The translations under genes were made by a program, and so were the position numbers. Below the pieces are notes generated by a model that did no database searches, was not told the DNA's origin, and saw only the letters and a program-made list of their open reading frames with translations. Of a DNA stretch of 64,000 nt, positions 49,073-58,139 are shown one piece after another. Position 1 is the first letter of the stretch. The number at the start of each line of letters is the position of its first letter. This stretch comes from Candidatus Saccharimonadaceae bacterium. Lineage in GTDB: Bacteria > Eisenbacteria > RBG-16-71-46. Where the stretch lies: assembly GCA_035494735.1 (NCBI GenBank), contig DATJGS010000011.1, positions 14,199 to 78,198 of the forward strand, read 5' to 3'.

Positions 49073-51382
49073 TCAGGCCGGCTGGACGCCCGCGGTCTGC
49101 GGCGTGCGCCGCGGCTCGCCGATGAACGCGGGACGGCCGCCGCTCGAGCGGGCCACCGACTCCGCCGTCACGAAACAGTTGTAGTCGGGTTCGCCGCTCA
49201 CCGGATCGAAGCGCCTGGGGATGAGCACGTTCGTCTCCGGCCAGTAGGCCTGGAGGTGCCGGCGCTTCATGGGCGCGCGCCGCGCGAGGCCGATCCATTC
49301 GCCGACGTCCGACGTGAGCCGCACTTCGTCGCCGTCGGCGAGGCCGAGCGCGTCGGCGTCGTCGGGATGCATCAGGACGTGACGGCGGTCGGACGCGCCC
49401 ATCAGGAAGTCGTGCGAACCCTGGGTCATGCTGTTGAACTGTTTTCCGCGGCGCGTCGTCAGGAAGAACCAGCCGGGCGGAATCTGGATGGACGGCAGCT
49501 CGACCACGCTGAAACGGGCACGCCCCTCGGGCATGCGCGTGAAACCATCCGTGAACAGACGCGCGCCGCCCCACTGCACCGACTGACCTTCGCGCTCCAG
49601 GTGCTCGATCCCGGCGTACAGCGGCATGGCTTTCGCCATTTCCGCGCGGATGTCGGGCGTGCCGCGCCATGCGAACGACGCGGCCAGCGCCGGGCGCACC
49701 GCGAGCGCGACGTCGACGGGAATGCGCCACTCGGGCCGGGCCTCGGCGATGCGCGGGCCGTCGATCTCGGGCGTGAAGCGGATGCGCCGCTCGGTGCTGG
49801 TCGCCGTGCCGCCGCCTGGCGTCTCGTAACGCGTCTGGGCGGGCAGCAGGATCACCGTCTGCCCCGGGAGCAGCGCGGACGTGTTCACGACGATGTCCTG
49901 ATGCACGCGCAGGCCGACGCGCGACAACGCCTCGCTCATGTACGCGCGGTCGGGCATGGTCTCGAGCAGGTTGCCGCCGAGCGAATACAGGAAGTCCAGC
50001 GCGCCGTCGTGGGCGGCTTCCAGCATCTGCAGCGTGCGATGGCCGTGGTGCGTGGGCAGCGGTGCGCCCCACAGCGCTTCGAAGCGCGCGCGATCCGCGG
50101 GATTCGCGACCTCGAATCCGCCCGGCAGCTTCTCCGGGTCCACGCCGCACTCGCCGCCGCCCTGGACCCCGGAGTGCCCGCGGATCGGCATGACGCCACA
50201 CTTCTCGCGCCCGAGGAATCCACGGGCCAGCGCGAGATTCACGACCGACTTCACGTTGTCGACGCCGAAGCGGTGCTGGGTCAGCCCCATGCTGTACACG
50301 AACACCGCGCTCCGGGCCGCGGCCAGGTGCTCGGCGAAGCGCTGCATCTCGGCGCGCGGCAGTCCCGACGATTCCTCGAGGCGCTCCCACTCGAGCGACG
50401 CCACGAACACGCGAAGCCCGTCGAATCCGGTCGTGTGCTCGGCGATGAAGCGCTCGTCGCACGCGCCGCGCTCGACGAGATGCTTGAGCACGCCGTTCAC
50501 GAACGCGATGTCGCCGCCGACGCCGACCTGGAAGAAGTCATCCATGAGCTTCGTGCCGAACAACGCGCTCCTCAAGTCGCTCGGCACCCAGTAGCGCTCG
50601 AGCCCGGGCTCGCGCATGGGATTCACCACGAGGATCTTCGTGCCCTGGCGCTTCGCGTACGTGAGGTACTTGGTCGTGACCGGCTGGTTGTTCGCGAGGT
50701 GCGAGCCCCAGATCACGACGAGGTCGCTGCCGATCATGTCCGACAGCGAGCAGGTCGGGGCCGGCACGCCGAGCGTGTCCTTGAGCCCGGAGACGCTCGC
50801 CGCGTGGCACAGCCGCGAACACAGGTCGACGTGGTTCGAGCCGAGCAATCGCGCGACCTTCGTGAACGCGTAGTACGTCTCGTTCACGAGTCCGCGCGAC
50901 GTGGCGAAGAAGCCGAGCCGCTCGCCGGGGACGTCCTTGAGCGCCTCGCCAATGATGCCGAGCGCCTCGTCCCACGACAGCCGGTGCAGCGCGTCACTTC
51001 CGGCGCGATGGATGAGCGGGTAGGGCAGACGCCCGAGCCGGTGCAGCGCTTCGTTCGACATCTCGCGCAGGCCGCTCAACGAGCGCAGCGCGTCGTCGGG
51101 CGCGGGACCCATGGTGTTCAGGCGCAGGAGCTTCAACCGCGTCATGCACAGGTGGACGCCCGAAATCACGTCGTCCTTGAGGCCACGCGGCCCCAGCGAG
51201 CATCCGTCGCACACGCCGTGATTGAGGATGCGCCACGCGTAGGGCAGGTTGTCGCGGTTTTCCCACAGCACCTCGGCCATCTCGACGAACGGACGCGGGC
51301 GGGGATGGCGGCCTGGGCCGAACGGAAGCAGATCGCGCAGGCGAAAGCGGCCTCCGCTCGAGTCCATGGGTCGAGGCGACAT
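49073..51382 (-). CDS. molybdopterin oxidoreductase, FdhF/YdeP family (formate dehydrogenase-like alpha subunit)
   Basis: 769 aa. N-terminal Cys cluster ILNHGVCDGCSLG plus MGD-family motifs (GFFATSRGLVNETYY, VVIWGSHLANNQPV). Confidence 0.8.
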   Translation of the reverse strand: MSPRPMDSSGGRFRLRDLLPFGPGRHPRPRPFVEMAEVLWENRDNLPYAWRILNHGVCDGCSLGPRGLKDDVISGVHLCMTRLKLLRLNTMGPAPDDALRSLSGLREMSNEALHRLGRLPYPLIHRAGSDALHRLSWDEALGIIGEALKDVPGERLGFFATSRGLVNETYYAFTKVARLLGSNHVDLCSRLCHAASVSGLKDTLGVPAPTCSLSDMIGSDLVVIWGSHLANNQPVTTKYLTYAKRQGTKILVVNPMREPGLERYWVPSDLRSALFGTKLMDDFFQVGVGGDIAFVNGVLKHLVERGACDERFIAEHTTGFDGLRVFVASLEWERLEESSGLPRAEMQRFAEHLAAARSAVFVYSMGLTQHRFGVDNVKSVVNLALARGFLGREKCGVMPIRGHSGVQGGGECGVDPEKLPGGFEVANPADRARFEALWGAPLPTHHGHRTLQMLEAAHDGALDFLYSLGGNLLETMPDRAYMSEALSRVGLRVHQDIVVNTSALLPGQTVILLPAQTRYETPGGGTATSTERRIRFTPEIDGPRIAEARPEWRIPVDVALAVRPALAASFAWRGTPDIRAEMAKAMPLYAGIEHLEREGQSVQWGGARLFTDGFTRMPEGRARFSVVELPSIQIPPGWFFLTTRRGKQFNSMTQGSHDFLMGASDRRHVLMHPDDADALGLADGDEVRLTSDVGEWIGLARRAPMKRRHLQAYWPETNVLIPRRFDPVSGEPDYNCFVTAESVARSSGGRPAFIGEPRRTPQTAGVQPA

Positions 51383-51487
51383 GCGGGTGAGACTAACCCC
51401 GTTGTCGCGCGCGCGGAAGCGAGGCGGCGAAACGAGGCGCGGTACGGCGTGCGCTTCGCGACGAGGCGCGCGCGAGAACGTCGGCGC

Positions 51488-52378
51488 TCAGAACGACAGC
51501 ACCAGCCCGCTCTCGAAGTTCGCGAACTCCCGCTGGTCGCCGTACAGATTGGGCGCGACCGGTATCTGCGCGCCGAGCTGCAGCCCGATCGGTGCGGCCA
51601 GCGCGATCTGGACCTTGGGCGACGCGTACAATAGCGAGCCGCCCGTGTTGGGATCGCGCACCCCGTTCACACGGTCGTGAGCGGACGCGCGGTAGTCCAG
51701 CTCCAGCGAGCCCGACAGCGACGGCGCGAGCGCGCGCTGATACGACAGCGTTGCCAGCAACGCGTCGCCGTAGGTGTAGCCGTGATCGTTCGCGCCGTTC
51801 CAGCGTCCCGTCGCGGACGCGTAGACGTGCGCGGCGCCGCCGATGCCGTGCGCCCAGGCGAGTCCGGCGAACGTCGAGGTCGCGCCGCTGCCCGGCTGCA
51901 GGTGCTCCTCGGCACGGACGCCGCCGACCGTGCGCTCGTTCTGGCCCCACGCCGTCTTCACGCCGAGCATCGCCGCCAGCCACCAGCCGGACGCGGCGTT
52001 GCCGCTCTCGAGCAGGTTCACGTGCGCGAACACGTCGGGATCGGAGATCCCCGACAGCGTGGCCCGGCCCGCCGGATCGTCGATGCGGCGCTCCGCGAGC
52101 GGTACGCGACCGACGAGGCGCAGCCGCGCGAACGGCTGCCACGATCCGGACAGCGTGACGCGATTCTCGGTCTCCTTCTCGCGCGCCGCGGGGTCGTCCT
52201 CGGAGACCTGATCCTTCGAGCGGCGATCGACGTTCACGGAAAAGCGCCACGCCTGTGCGGCGAAGAAGTCGTCGCCCATCATGCGATACGTCGGATCGCC
52301 GCACTGGCACATCGAGCACGCCCGCGCAGCGGCAGGCGCGAACAGCGCGACGACAAGCACGGCAAGGAGGAAGCGCAT
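51488..52378 (-). CDS. outer-membrane beta-barrel protein (MetA-pathway/transporter-like) with N-terminal CSMCQCGD motif
   Basis: In frame with ORF 51488..52396. Signal peptide MRFLLAVLVVALFAPAAARA. Alternating amphipathic strands and a C-terminal ...GLVLSF (terminal Phe). Confidence 0.55.
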   Translation of the reverse strand: MRFLLAVLVVALFAPAAARACSMCQCGDPTYRMMGDDFFAAQAWRFSVNVDRRSKDQVSEDDPAAREKETENRVTLSGSWQPFARLRLVGRVPLAERRIDDPAGRATLSGISDPDVFAHVNLLESGNAASGWWLAAMLGVKTAWGQNERTVGGVRAEEHLQPGSGATSTFAGLAWAHGIGGAAHVYASATGRWNGANDHGYTYGDALLATLSYQRALAPSLSGSLELDYRASAHDRVNGVRDPNTGGSLLYASPKVQIALAAPIGLQLGAQIPVAPNLYGDQREFANFESGLVLSF

Positions 52379-52555
52379 AGGGTCCATACGATGCATGGCC
52401 GCAGATTAGGTCACGAGATTTCTGCTGTCACGCCGCTCGCGCGCAAATTCCCCGGAATCGGAAGGAACGCGCCGGCCGCACCGCGGGTGGTGCCGCCCGC
52501 GAGGCCCCGCTAGAATGCGCCGTCCCAACGTCCCACCCTCGACGGAGATCCCTCG

Positions 52556-53563
52556 ATGAACTACCGGCGGCTCGGCAACTCCGGCCTCAAAGTCTCGGAA
52601 ATCTCGCTCGGTTCATGGACCACGATCGGCGGCTACGTCGACGAGTCCGACGCCGTCCGCATCGTCCATCACGCGTTCGAGCGCGGCGTCAATCTGTTCG
52701 ACACGGCCGACGTTTACGTGCGCGGCGCAGCCGAGACGGTGCTCGGGCGCGCGCTCAAGACGCTGCCGCGCGAGCAGGTCGTGGTCGCGACGAAGTGTCT
52801 GGGCCGGGTGTGGGACGGGCCTCTGGGCGCCGGTCTGTCGCGCAAGCACATTTTCGACGCGATGGATCAGAGTCTCAGGCGACTGGGTCTCGACTACGTG
52901 GATCTCTACCAGGCGCACGCGCCCGACAAGGACACGCCGATCGAGGAGACGCTCGAAGCGTTCGAGGACCTGGTGCGCATGGGCAAGACGCGCTATCTCG
53001 GTTTCTCGAACTTCGACCACCATCCGCCGCTCGCGCGCCGCGCCGTCGCGTATCAGACGTCGCGCCGCTGGACGCGCTTCGTGTCGAGCCAGCCGCGCTA
53101 CAGCCTGGTCGACCGCCACGTCGAGGACGGCCACACCGCGTTCTGCAAGGCGAACGGCATCGGGATGATCGTGTACTCGCCGCTCGCGCAGGGCGTGCTC
53201 ACGAACAAATACGCGGGCGGCGCGACGCCGGAGGGCAGCCGCTCGCAGTCCAAGTTCGCGCACTTCCTGACCGGCGAGAAGGCGCTGACGCCCGAGAACG
53301 TCGCGGCGGCCGAGCGCTTCGCCGCATGGTGCGCGCCGCGTGGCGTGAAGCCGGCGGCGGTGGCGCTGGCCTGGGTGCTGCGCCATCCGCAGGTGTCGAG
53401 CGCCATCACCGGCGCGTCGCGTCTCGAGCAGCTGGACGAGAACCTGGCCGCCGGCGACGTGAAGCTGAGCGACGCCGAGTGGCGCGAGGTGGAAGGGGCG
53501 ATCGCCGGGAAGAAGGCGCCGGCGCGCAAGCGCAAGGCGGCGAAGCCGGCGAAGCGCAAGTAG
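52556..53563 (+). CDS. aldo/keto reductase with short basic C-terminal tail
   Basis: 335 aa. AKR motifs: NLFDTADVY, VVVATKC, LGLDYVDLYQAH. The tail ...GKKAPARKRKAAKPAKRK is K/A/R-rich. Confidence 0.8.
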   Translation: MNYRRLGNSGLKVSEISLGSWTTIGGYVDESDAVRIVHHAFERGVNLFDTADVYVRGAAETVLGRALKTLPREQVVVATKCLGRVWDGPLGAGLSRKHIFDAMDQSLRRLGLDYVDLYQAHAPDKDTPIEETLEAFEDLVRMGKTRYLGFSNFDHHPPLARRAVAYQTSRRWTRFVSSQPRYSLVDRHVEDGHTAFCKANGIGMIVYSPLAQGVLTNKYAGGATPEGSRSQSKFAHFLTGEKALTPENVAAAERFAAWCAPRGVKPAAVALAWVLRHPQVSSAITGASRLEQLDENLAAGDVKLSDAEWREVEGAIAGKKAPARKRKAAKPAKRK

Positions 53564-53631
53564 GCGGTTGGCCCGCGCGGCGACGCGACGGTCGCGGGCG
53601 CGCTGGCCGGCACGCCGTCCAACGCGCCGCG

Positions 53632-54933
53632 TCAGTTTCCGGCGCGCGCGGCGCCCTTGTCGAGGTCCACGCCGCGCAGCAGCCACGCGCCGGCCACGAA
53701 GAACGGCAGCAGCGTGAGCACGGCGAGCCGCCCGGTGCCGCTGACCTGGGCGACGGCGCCGAACGCGATCGGGCCGACGACGCCGGCGAGTTTCTCGCTC
53801 ACCGAGTAGAAGCCGAACAGCTCGCCCTGCTGGCTGCGCGGCGCGAGGCGCGCGAACATCGAGCGCGACAGCGCCTGCGTGCCGCCCTGGAACAGCGCGA
53901 CGAGGCCGGCCAGCACCCAGAAGTGCCACGCCGCCGACATGTAGTAGCCGAGCGCCGTGATCCCGACGTAGCCCGCGAGTCCGATGATGACGGCGGTGCG
54001 CGGATCGAACGCGCCGGCCATGCGCCCGAACACGATGCTCGCCGGGGCGGCGAGGATCTGCACCATCAGCAGCGCGCCGATCAGGTCGCCCATGCCGATG
54101 CCGACCTCGCTCCCGTAGATCGTGGCCATCTTGATCACGGTGCCGATGCCGTCGCTGTACAGCCAGAACGCGATGAGGAAACGCATGAGCTCGGGCTGGC
54201 GGCGAATGCTCCTGAGCGTTCCCCACAGGCCGCGGAACACCGCGCGCGCCAGCTGCGAGGCCACGACGCGCTCGCGCGTCTGCTCGGGTTCGGGCACGTG
54301 GCGGAACAGGGGCAGGGAGAAACCGAACCACCACAGCGCCACGCTCAGGAACGACAGCCGCGTCGCGAAATCCACGCTCGGCAGGTGGAACAGGGCGGGC
54401 TTCAGGATCCAGAACAGGTTGAGCGCGAGCAACACGCCGCCGCCGACGTAGCCGTACGCGAAGCCGCGCGCCGAGATGCGGTGGATCTCGCCGGCCGGCG
54501 CGACGCTCGGCAGCAGCGAGTCGTACAGCACGTTGCCCATGGCGAACGCGACGAACGCGACGCCGAACAGGCCGAGGAGCGCACGCCATCCGGTGAACGG
54601 CGCGACCGCGAGCAGACCGGTCGTCACGCAGCCCACCGCGACGCACGCGAACAGGAAGCGCTTGCGCTGCCCGAGCTGATCGGCGGCCGATCCGAGAATG
54701 GGGCCGAGCAGCGCCGCGATCAGCAGCGCCGCCGCGCTCGCGTAGCCCCAGTACGCCGTGGCCACGTTGGCCGGCAGCGAGCGCTTGGCGATCGCCGCGA
54801 AGAACTGGGGCAGGATCGCGGCGATGACGCTGGTCGCGAACGCGGAGTTGGCCCAGTCGTACATGCACCACGCCCACACCGCGCGGCGCTTCGCGGCGTC
54901 GGGAATGGAAGAGGGCGCGGTGGGGCGCGTCAT
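53632..54933 (-). CDS. MFS transporter (UMF1-like)
   Basis: ATG MTRPTAPSSIPDAAKRRAVWAWCMYDW in frame with ORF 53632..55959. 12 predicted TM helices. The upstream 340 codons of the ORF are an artefact. Confidence 0.75.
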   Translation of the reverse strand: MTRPTAPSSIPDAAKRRAVWAWCMYDWANSAFATSVIAAILPQFFAAIAKRSLPANVATAYWGYASAAALLIAALLGPILGSAADQLGQRKRFLFACVAVGCVTTGLLAVAPFTGWRALLGLFGVAFVAFAMGNVLYDSLLPSVAPAGEIHRISARGFAYGYVGGGVLLALNLFWILKPALFHLPSVDFATRLSFLSVALWWFGFSLPLFRHVPEPEQTRERVVASQLARAVFRGLWGTLRSIRRQPELMRFLIAFWLYSDGIGTVIKMATIYGSEVGIGMGDLIGALLMVQILAAPASIVFGRMAGAFDPRTAVIIGLAGYVGITALGYYMSAAWHFWVLAGLVALFQGGTQALSRSMFARLAPRSQQGELFGFYSVSEKLAGVVGPIAFGAVAQVSGTGRLAVLTLLPFFVAGAWLLRGVDLDKGAARAGN

Positions 54934-54960
54934 GCCGCGGCGAGCCGAACGCGGGGGGCC

Positions 54961-56049
54961 ATGCGCAAGAGGTACCACAGCACCCGTGTATATTCGACGC
55001 TCGTGGGCGATCCAACCGTCATCGTGGTCGGCGCGGGAGTGGCCGGTCTGGCCTGCGCGCGCGACCTCACCGCGCGCCGCATCCCGAACGTGCTGGTCGA
55101 AGCCGCGCCGACCGTCGGCGGGCGCTGCGCGACGACGCGCACGCACGGCCAGCTCGTCGATCACGGGCTGCCGTTCCTGCACGCGAAGAGCGGCGAGTTC
55201 GGCGAAGCGCTGAACCAGCTGGATCCGGACGGCAAGGTGCTGGGCTGGCCGAGCGACGTGCGCGAGCCGCGCCTGATGTCCCCGAACGACGCGCTCAAGC
55301 CCGGGCGCCGGCGCATGGCGCGGCGCGGCGGCGTTCACGAGTTCGCGGAGTGGCTCGCGCGCGGCCTCGACGTGCGGCTCGGCGACGCCGCCGTGGCGCT
55401 CGAGGACTTGGGCGGCGCGGTGCGGGTGCGCTCGGCGGCCGGCGCCGCGTTCGAGGCGCCGTTCGTCATCCTGGCGTGTCCGCTGCGGGCCAGCGTCGCG
55501 CTCGCGGCGCCCCTCGTCGCCGGGTGGCCGGGCGCGGCGGCGCGGCTCGAGGCGCTCGCGCGGATCCGCCCGCTGCCCGCGCTCACGGTGATCGCGGGTT
55601 ACGACCCGGGCGCGTTCGACGTGCCGTTCCATCTGTGGAGTCCGCTCGAGACGACGATGCTGCACCTGGTCGTGCACGACTCGAGCAAGCGCGAAGGGCC
55701 GCGCGAGCGGGTGCTCGTGCTGCACGCGCGGGCGCGCTACTCGAGCGAGCATCTGGGCGATCCGCCCGAAACATGGCGGGACGAACTGTTGTGGGAACTG
55801 GGCGAGATCCTGGACCGGCGCGCCGAGGCGCCTCGCTGGTCCGAGACGCACGTGTGGGCCGACGCGCGAATCGCCGACCACGACCGGCAGAAGGACGGCG
55901 TCGTGTTCCAGTCGGAGGGAGGCGCGAGCGTCGCGCTGGTCGGCGACGCGTTCGGCCACGATCCGGGCGTCGAGGGCGCGTACTTCAGCGGGCTCAGCTT
56001 CGCCGAGCAGATCGCGCTGCTGCTCGCGACGCGCGCCGGCCGGGTCTAG
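54961..56049 (+). CDS. NAD(P)/FAD-dependent oxidoreductase (amine-oxidase/renalase-like Rossmann protein)
   Basis: In frame with ORF 52615..56049. ATG 54961 (MRKRYHST...) or a GTG at ~55003. Dinucleotide-binding motif VIVVGAGVAGLACARDL and the LVGDAFG tail motif. Confidence 0.6.
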   Translation: MRKRYHSTRVYSTLVGDPTVIVVGAGVAGLACARDLTARRIPNVLVEAAPTVGGRCATTRTHGQLVDHGLPFLHAKSGEFGEALNQLDPDGKVLGWPSDVREPRLMSPNDALKPGRRRMARRGGVHEFAEWLARGLDVRLGDAAVALEDLGGAVRVRSAAGAAFEAPFVILACPLRASVALAAPLVAGWPGAAARLEALARIRPLPALTVIAGYDPGAFDVPFHLWSPLETTMLHLVVHDSSKREGPRERVLVLHARARYSSEHLGDPPETWRDELLWELGEILDRRAEAPRWSETHVWADARIADHDRQKDGVVFQSEGGASVALVGDAFGHDPGVEGAYFSGLSFAEQIALLLATRAGRV

Positions 56050-56060
56050 CGAACAAGCGA

Positions 56061-56090
56061 AACCGGCGGAACCCGAAGGTCCCGCCGGTT
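56061..56090. terminator. bidirectional hairpin between convergent genes
   Basis: AACCGGCGG-aacccgaaggtc-CCGCCGGTT, a 9-bp inverted repeat. Confidence 0.45.
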
Positions 56091-56128
56091 CGCGAGCGGT
56101 CGACTGCCGCTCTCACCTCACCGCGTCG

Positions 56129-57094
56129 TTACCAGCGCGGCGGCTTCGCGAAGCCCAGCTGCCCGTCCTCGCGCTCCCACACCCGCGAGCGGTTGCGCAC
56201 CGGCTCGATGCCGAGGGCGCGCAGGCCCGACGCGTACTCGTAGCGCAGGATGATCTCATCCGTCGCCACGGCGGCGGCGGTGAACTGCGTGCGGCGCACC
56301 GGATCGCGGCTCTGGTCGCCCCAGCCCGTCCCCGGCGCCGACTCGTCGGCGTGGGATTCCGTCGCCTGGCGGCGCGCCAGACCGTCCGTCTGGGGCGCGT
56401 CGCTCTGCGCGCGGGGCTCTTCCGGCGTGTACGGCATCGGCGCGGCGGGACCGGAGTCACGGTACCCGGCCTTCACGCGGCCCCACCCCACGTTCTCGGT
56501 GAACGCGACGACGCGGATCCAGCCCATGTCGCCGTTGGCCTGGCCGGTGCGCGACGCGTACGAGCGCTCCTCGTCGACGAACACGAAGCGCCGGACGTCG
56601 TCGAGCGACGTGCGCCAGCCGCGGATCGTCGTGCTTTCCCACGGATCGAGGACGTACATGGCCTCGTTGCGATCGAGATTCGAGCGATTGCCGCTCACGA
56701 CGTTCAGGCCGTCCACGCTGACCAGCACGCCGATGCGGTTGCCCGTCAGGTTGCGCAGCCGGACTTCGTACTGCCCGCCGGCGAACGCTTCGAAGTAGCG
56801 CTTGTCACCGACGCCGGGGCGCGAGTAGAGGGGTGCGCCCGCGCCGTTCACCAGCATCTGCACGTCGACGATCTGGCCTTGCGTGTGACTCGCCGGACCC
56901 GGGTGCCAGCCCCAGGCCTGGGCGCGCGTCGCGGTCGCCGTGAGGGCGAGCGCGAGGCCGAGCGCGATGACGCGGGAGTCGAAGCGCGTGACCGGAACCG
57001 GAACCAGACGCGGCCCGCGGGTGGTCACGACCTTCGCGGTCGCCCAAACCAGCGCGGCGCGGAGGTTCTGAAGGAACATGGTAGCGATGTTCAT
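56129..57094 (-). CDS. hypothetical secreted protein
   Basis: 321-aa ORF behind a strong GAGGAGGG RBS. Internal hydrophobic signal-like segment RVIALGLALALTATATRAQA. No family recognised. Confidence 0.5.
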   Translation of the reverse strand: MNIATMFLQNLRAALVWATAKVVTTRGPRLVPVPVTRFDSRVIALGLALALTATATRAQAWGWHPGPASHTQGQIVDVQMLVNGAGAPLYSRPGVGDKRYFEAFAGGQYEVRLRNLTGNRIGVLVSVDGLNVVSGNRSNLDRNEAMYVLDPWESTTIRGWRTSLDDVRRFVFVDEERSYASRTGQANGDMGWIRVVAFTENVGWGRVKAGYRDSGPAAPMPYTPEEPRAQSDAPQTDGLARRQATESHADESAPGTGWGDQSRDPVRRTQFTAAAVATDEIILRYEYASGLRALGIEPVRNRSRVWEREDGQLGFAKPPRW

Positions 57095-57290
57095 GATGCC
57101 CTCCTCGAATCAGTTTGGGTCGGGACCTCGACTTCGGTAACGCACGAATTACGCCGGCCGCGACCGGCTATTCCCGGCCCGGGCACGGCGCCGAGTTCGC
57201 GGCCCATCAGGCGGATGCGGGATCGTGCGGAGTGCGGCGCCGGCGCCACAGTGGCGCGCGGGCGCAGCGGCGGAAGGGGGCGGGCCGGAC

Positions 57291-58067
57291 CTACCAGGCC
57301 ATGATGTGGTAGCCGGCGTCGACGTACAGCGTCTCGCCGGTGATGCCGCTCGCCAGGTCGGACAACAGGAACAGGCCGGCCTTGCCCACTTCTTCCTTCG
57401 TGATGTTGCGCTGGAGCGGAGCCTTCTCGGCGTGCTGCTTGAGCATGCCGGTGAAGCCGTGGATGCCGCGCGCGGCCAGCGTGCTCACCGGTCCGGCCGA
57501 CAGCGCGTTCACGCGCACGTTCTTCGGTCCCAGCTCGAACGCGAGCTGGCGCACCATCTGTTCGAGCACGGCCTTCGCGCTGCCCATCACGTTGTACGAC
57601 GGCACGGCGCGTTCGGCCGCGAGGTAGGACAGCGTCACGATCGCGCTGCCGTTCTTCTCGAGCAGGGGGAGGAGGCGATTCGTCACGTTGAGCAGCGAGA
57701 ACGCGCTCACCTCGAGCGCCATCTGGAAGCCCTCACGCGACGTCGAGACGAATGCGCCCTCCAGGTCCTCCTTGCGCGCGAACGCGATGCCGTGCACGAG
57801 CGCATCGACGGCGCCCCACTCCTCGGACAGCCGCTTCGCCACCGCGTCGATGGATTCGTCGCGCGTCACGTCGCACTCGAGCAGCAGCGTCCCGGGAACG
57901 GAATTCGCGAGCTCCTCGACCATGCCCTTCAGGCGCTCGCCGGCGTACGTGAGGCACAGCCGCGCGCCGGCCTGGCTCAGCGACTGGGCGATGGCCCACG
58001 ACAGGCTGCGGTGGTTCGCGACGCCCATGACGAGCGCGTTCTTGCCCTTGAGATCGATGGCGTACAT
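57291..58067 (-). CDS. fabI: enoyl-[acyl-carrier-protein] reductase (NADH)
   Basis: 258 aa. MGVANHRSLSWAIAQ, the Tyr-x6-Lys active site (SYLAAERAVPSYNVMGSAKAVLE) and C-terminal GETLYVDAGYHIM. Confidence 0.9.
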   Translation of the reverse strand: MYAIDLKGKNALVMGVANHRSLSWAIAQSLSQAGARLCLTYAGERLKGMVEELANSVPGTLLLECDVTRDESIDAVAKRLSEEWGAVDALVHGIAFARKEDLEGAFVSTSREGFQMALEVSAFSLLNVTNRLLPLLEKNGSAIVTLSYLAAERAVPSYNVMGSAKAVLEQMVRQLAFELGPKNVRVNALSAGPVSTLAARGIHGFTGMLKQHAEKAPLQRNITKEEVGKAGLFLLSDLASGITGETLYVDAGYHIMAW

Positions 58068-58139
58068 CGGGTCCTCCGTGAACGCGCGGCGCCGGGCGGG
58101 ACGCGCCGTCGCGCACGCGGCGCGCGACGCGTCACGCGC

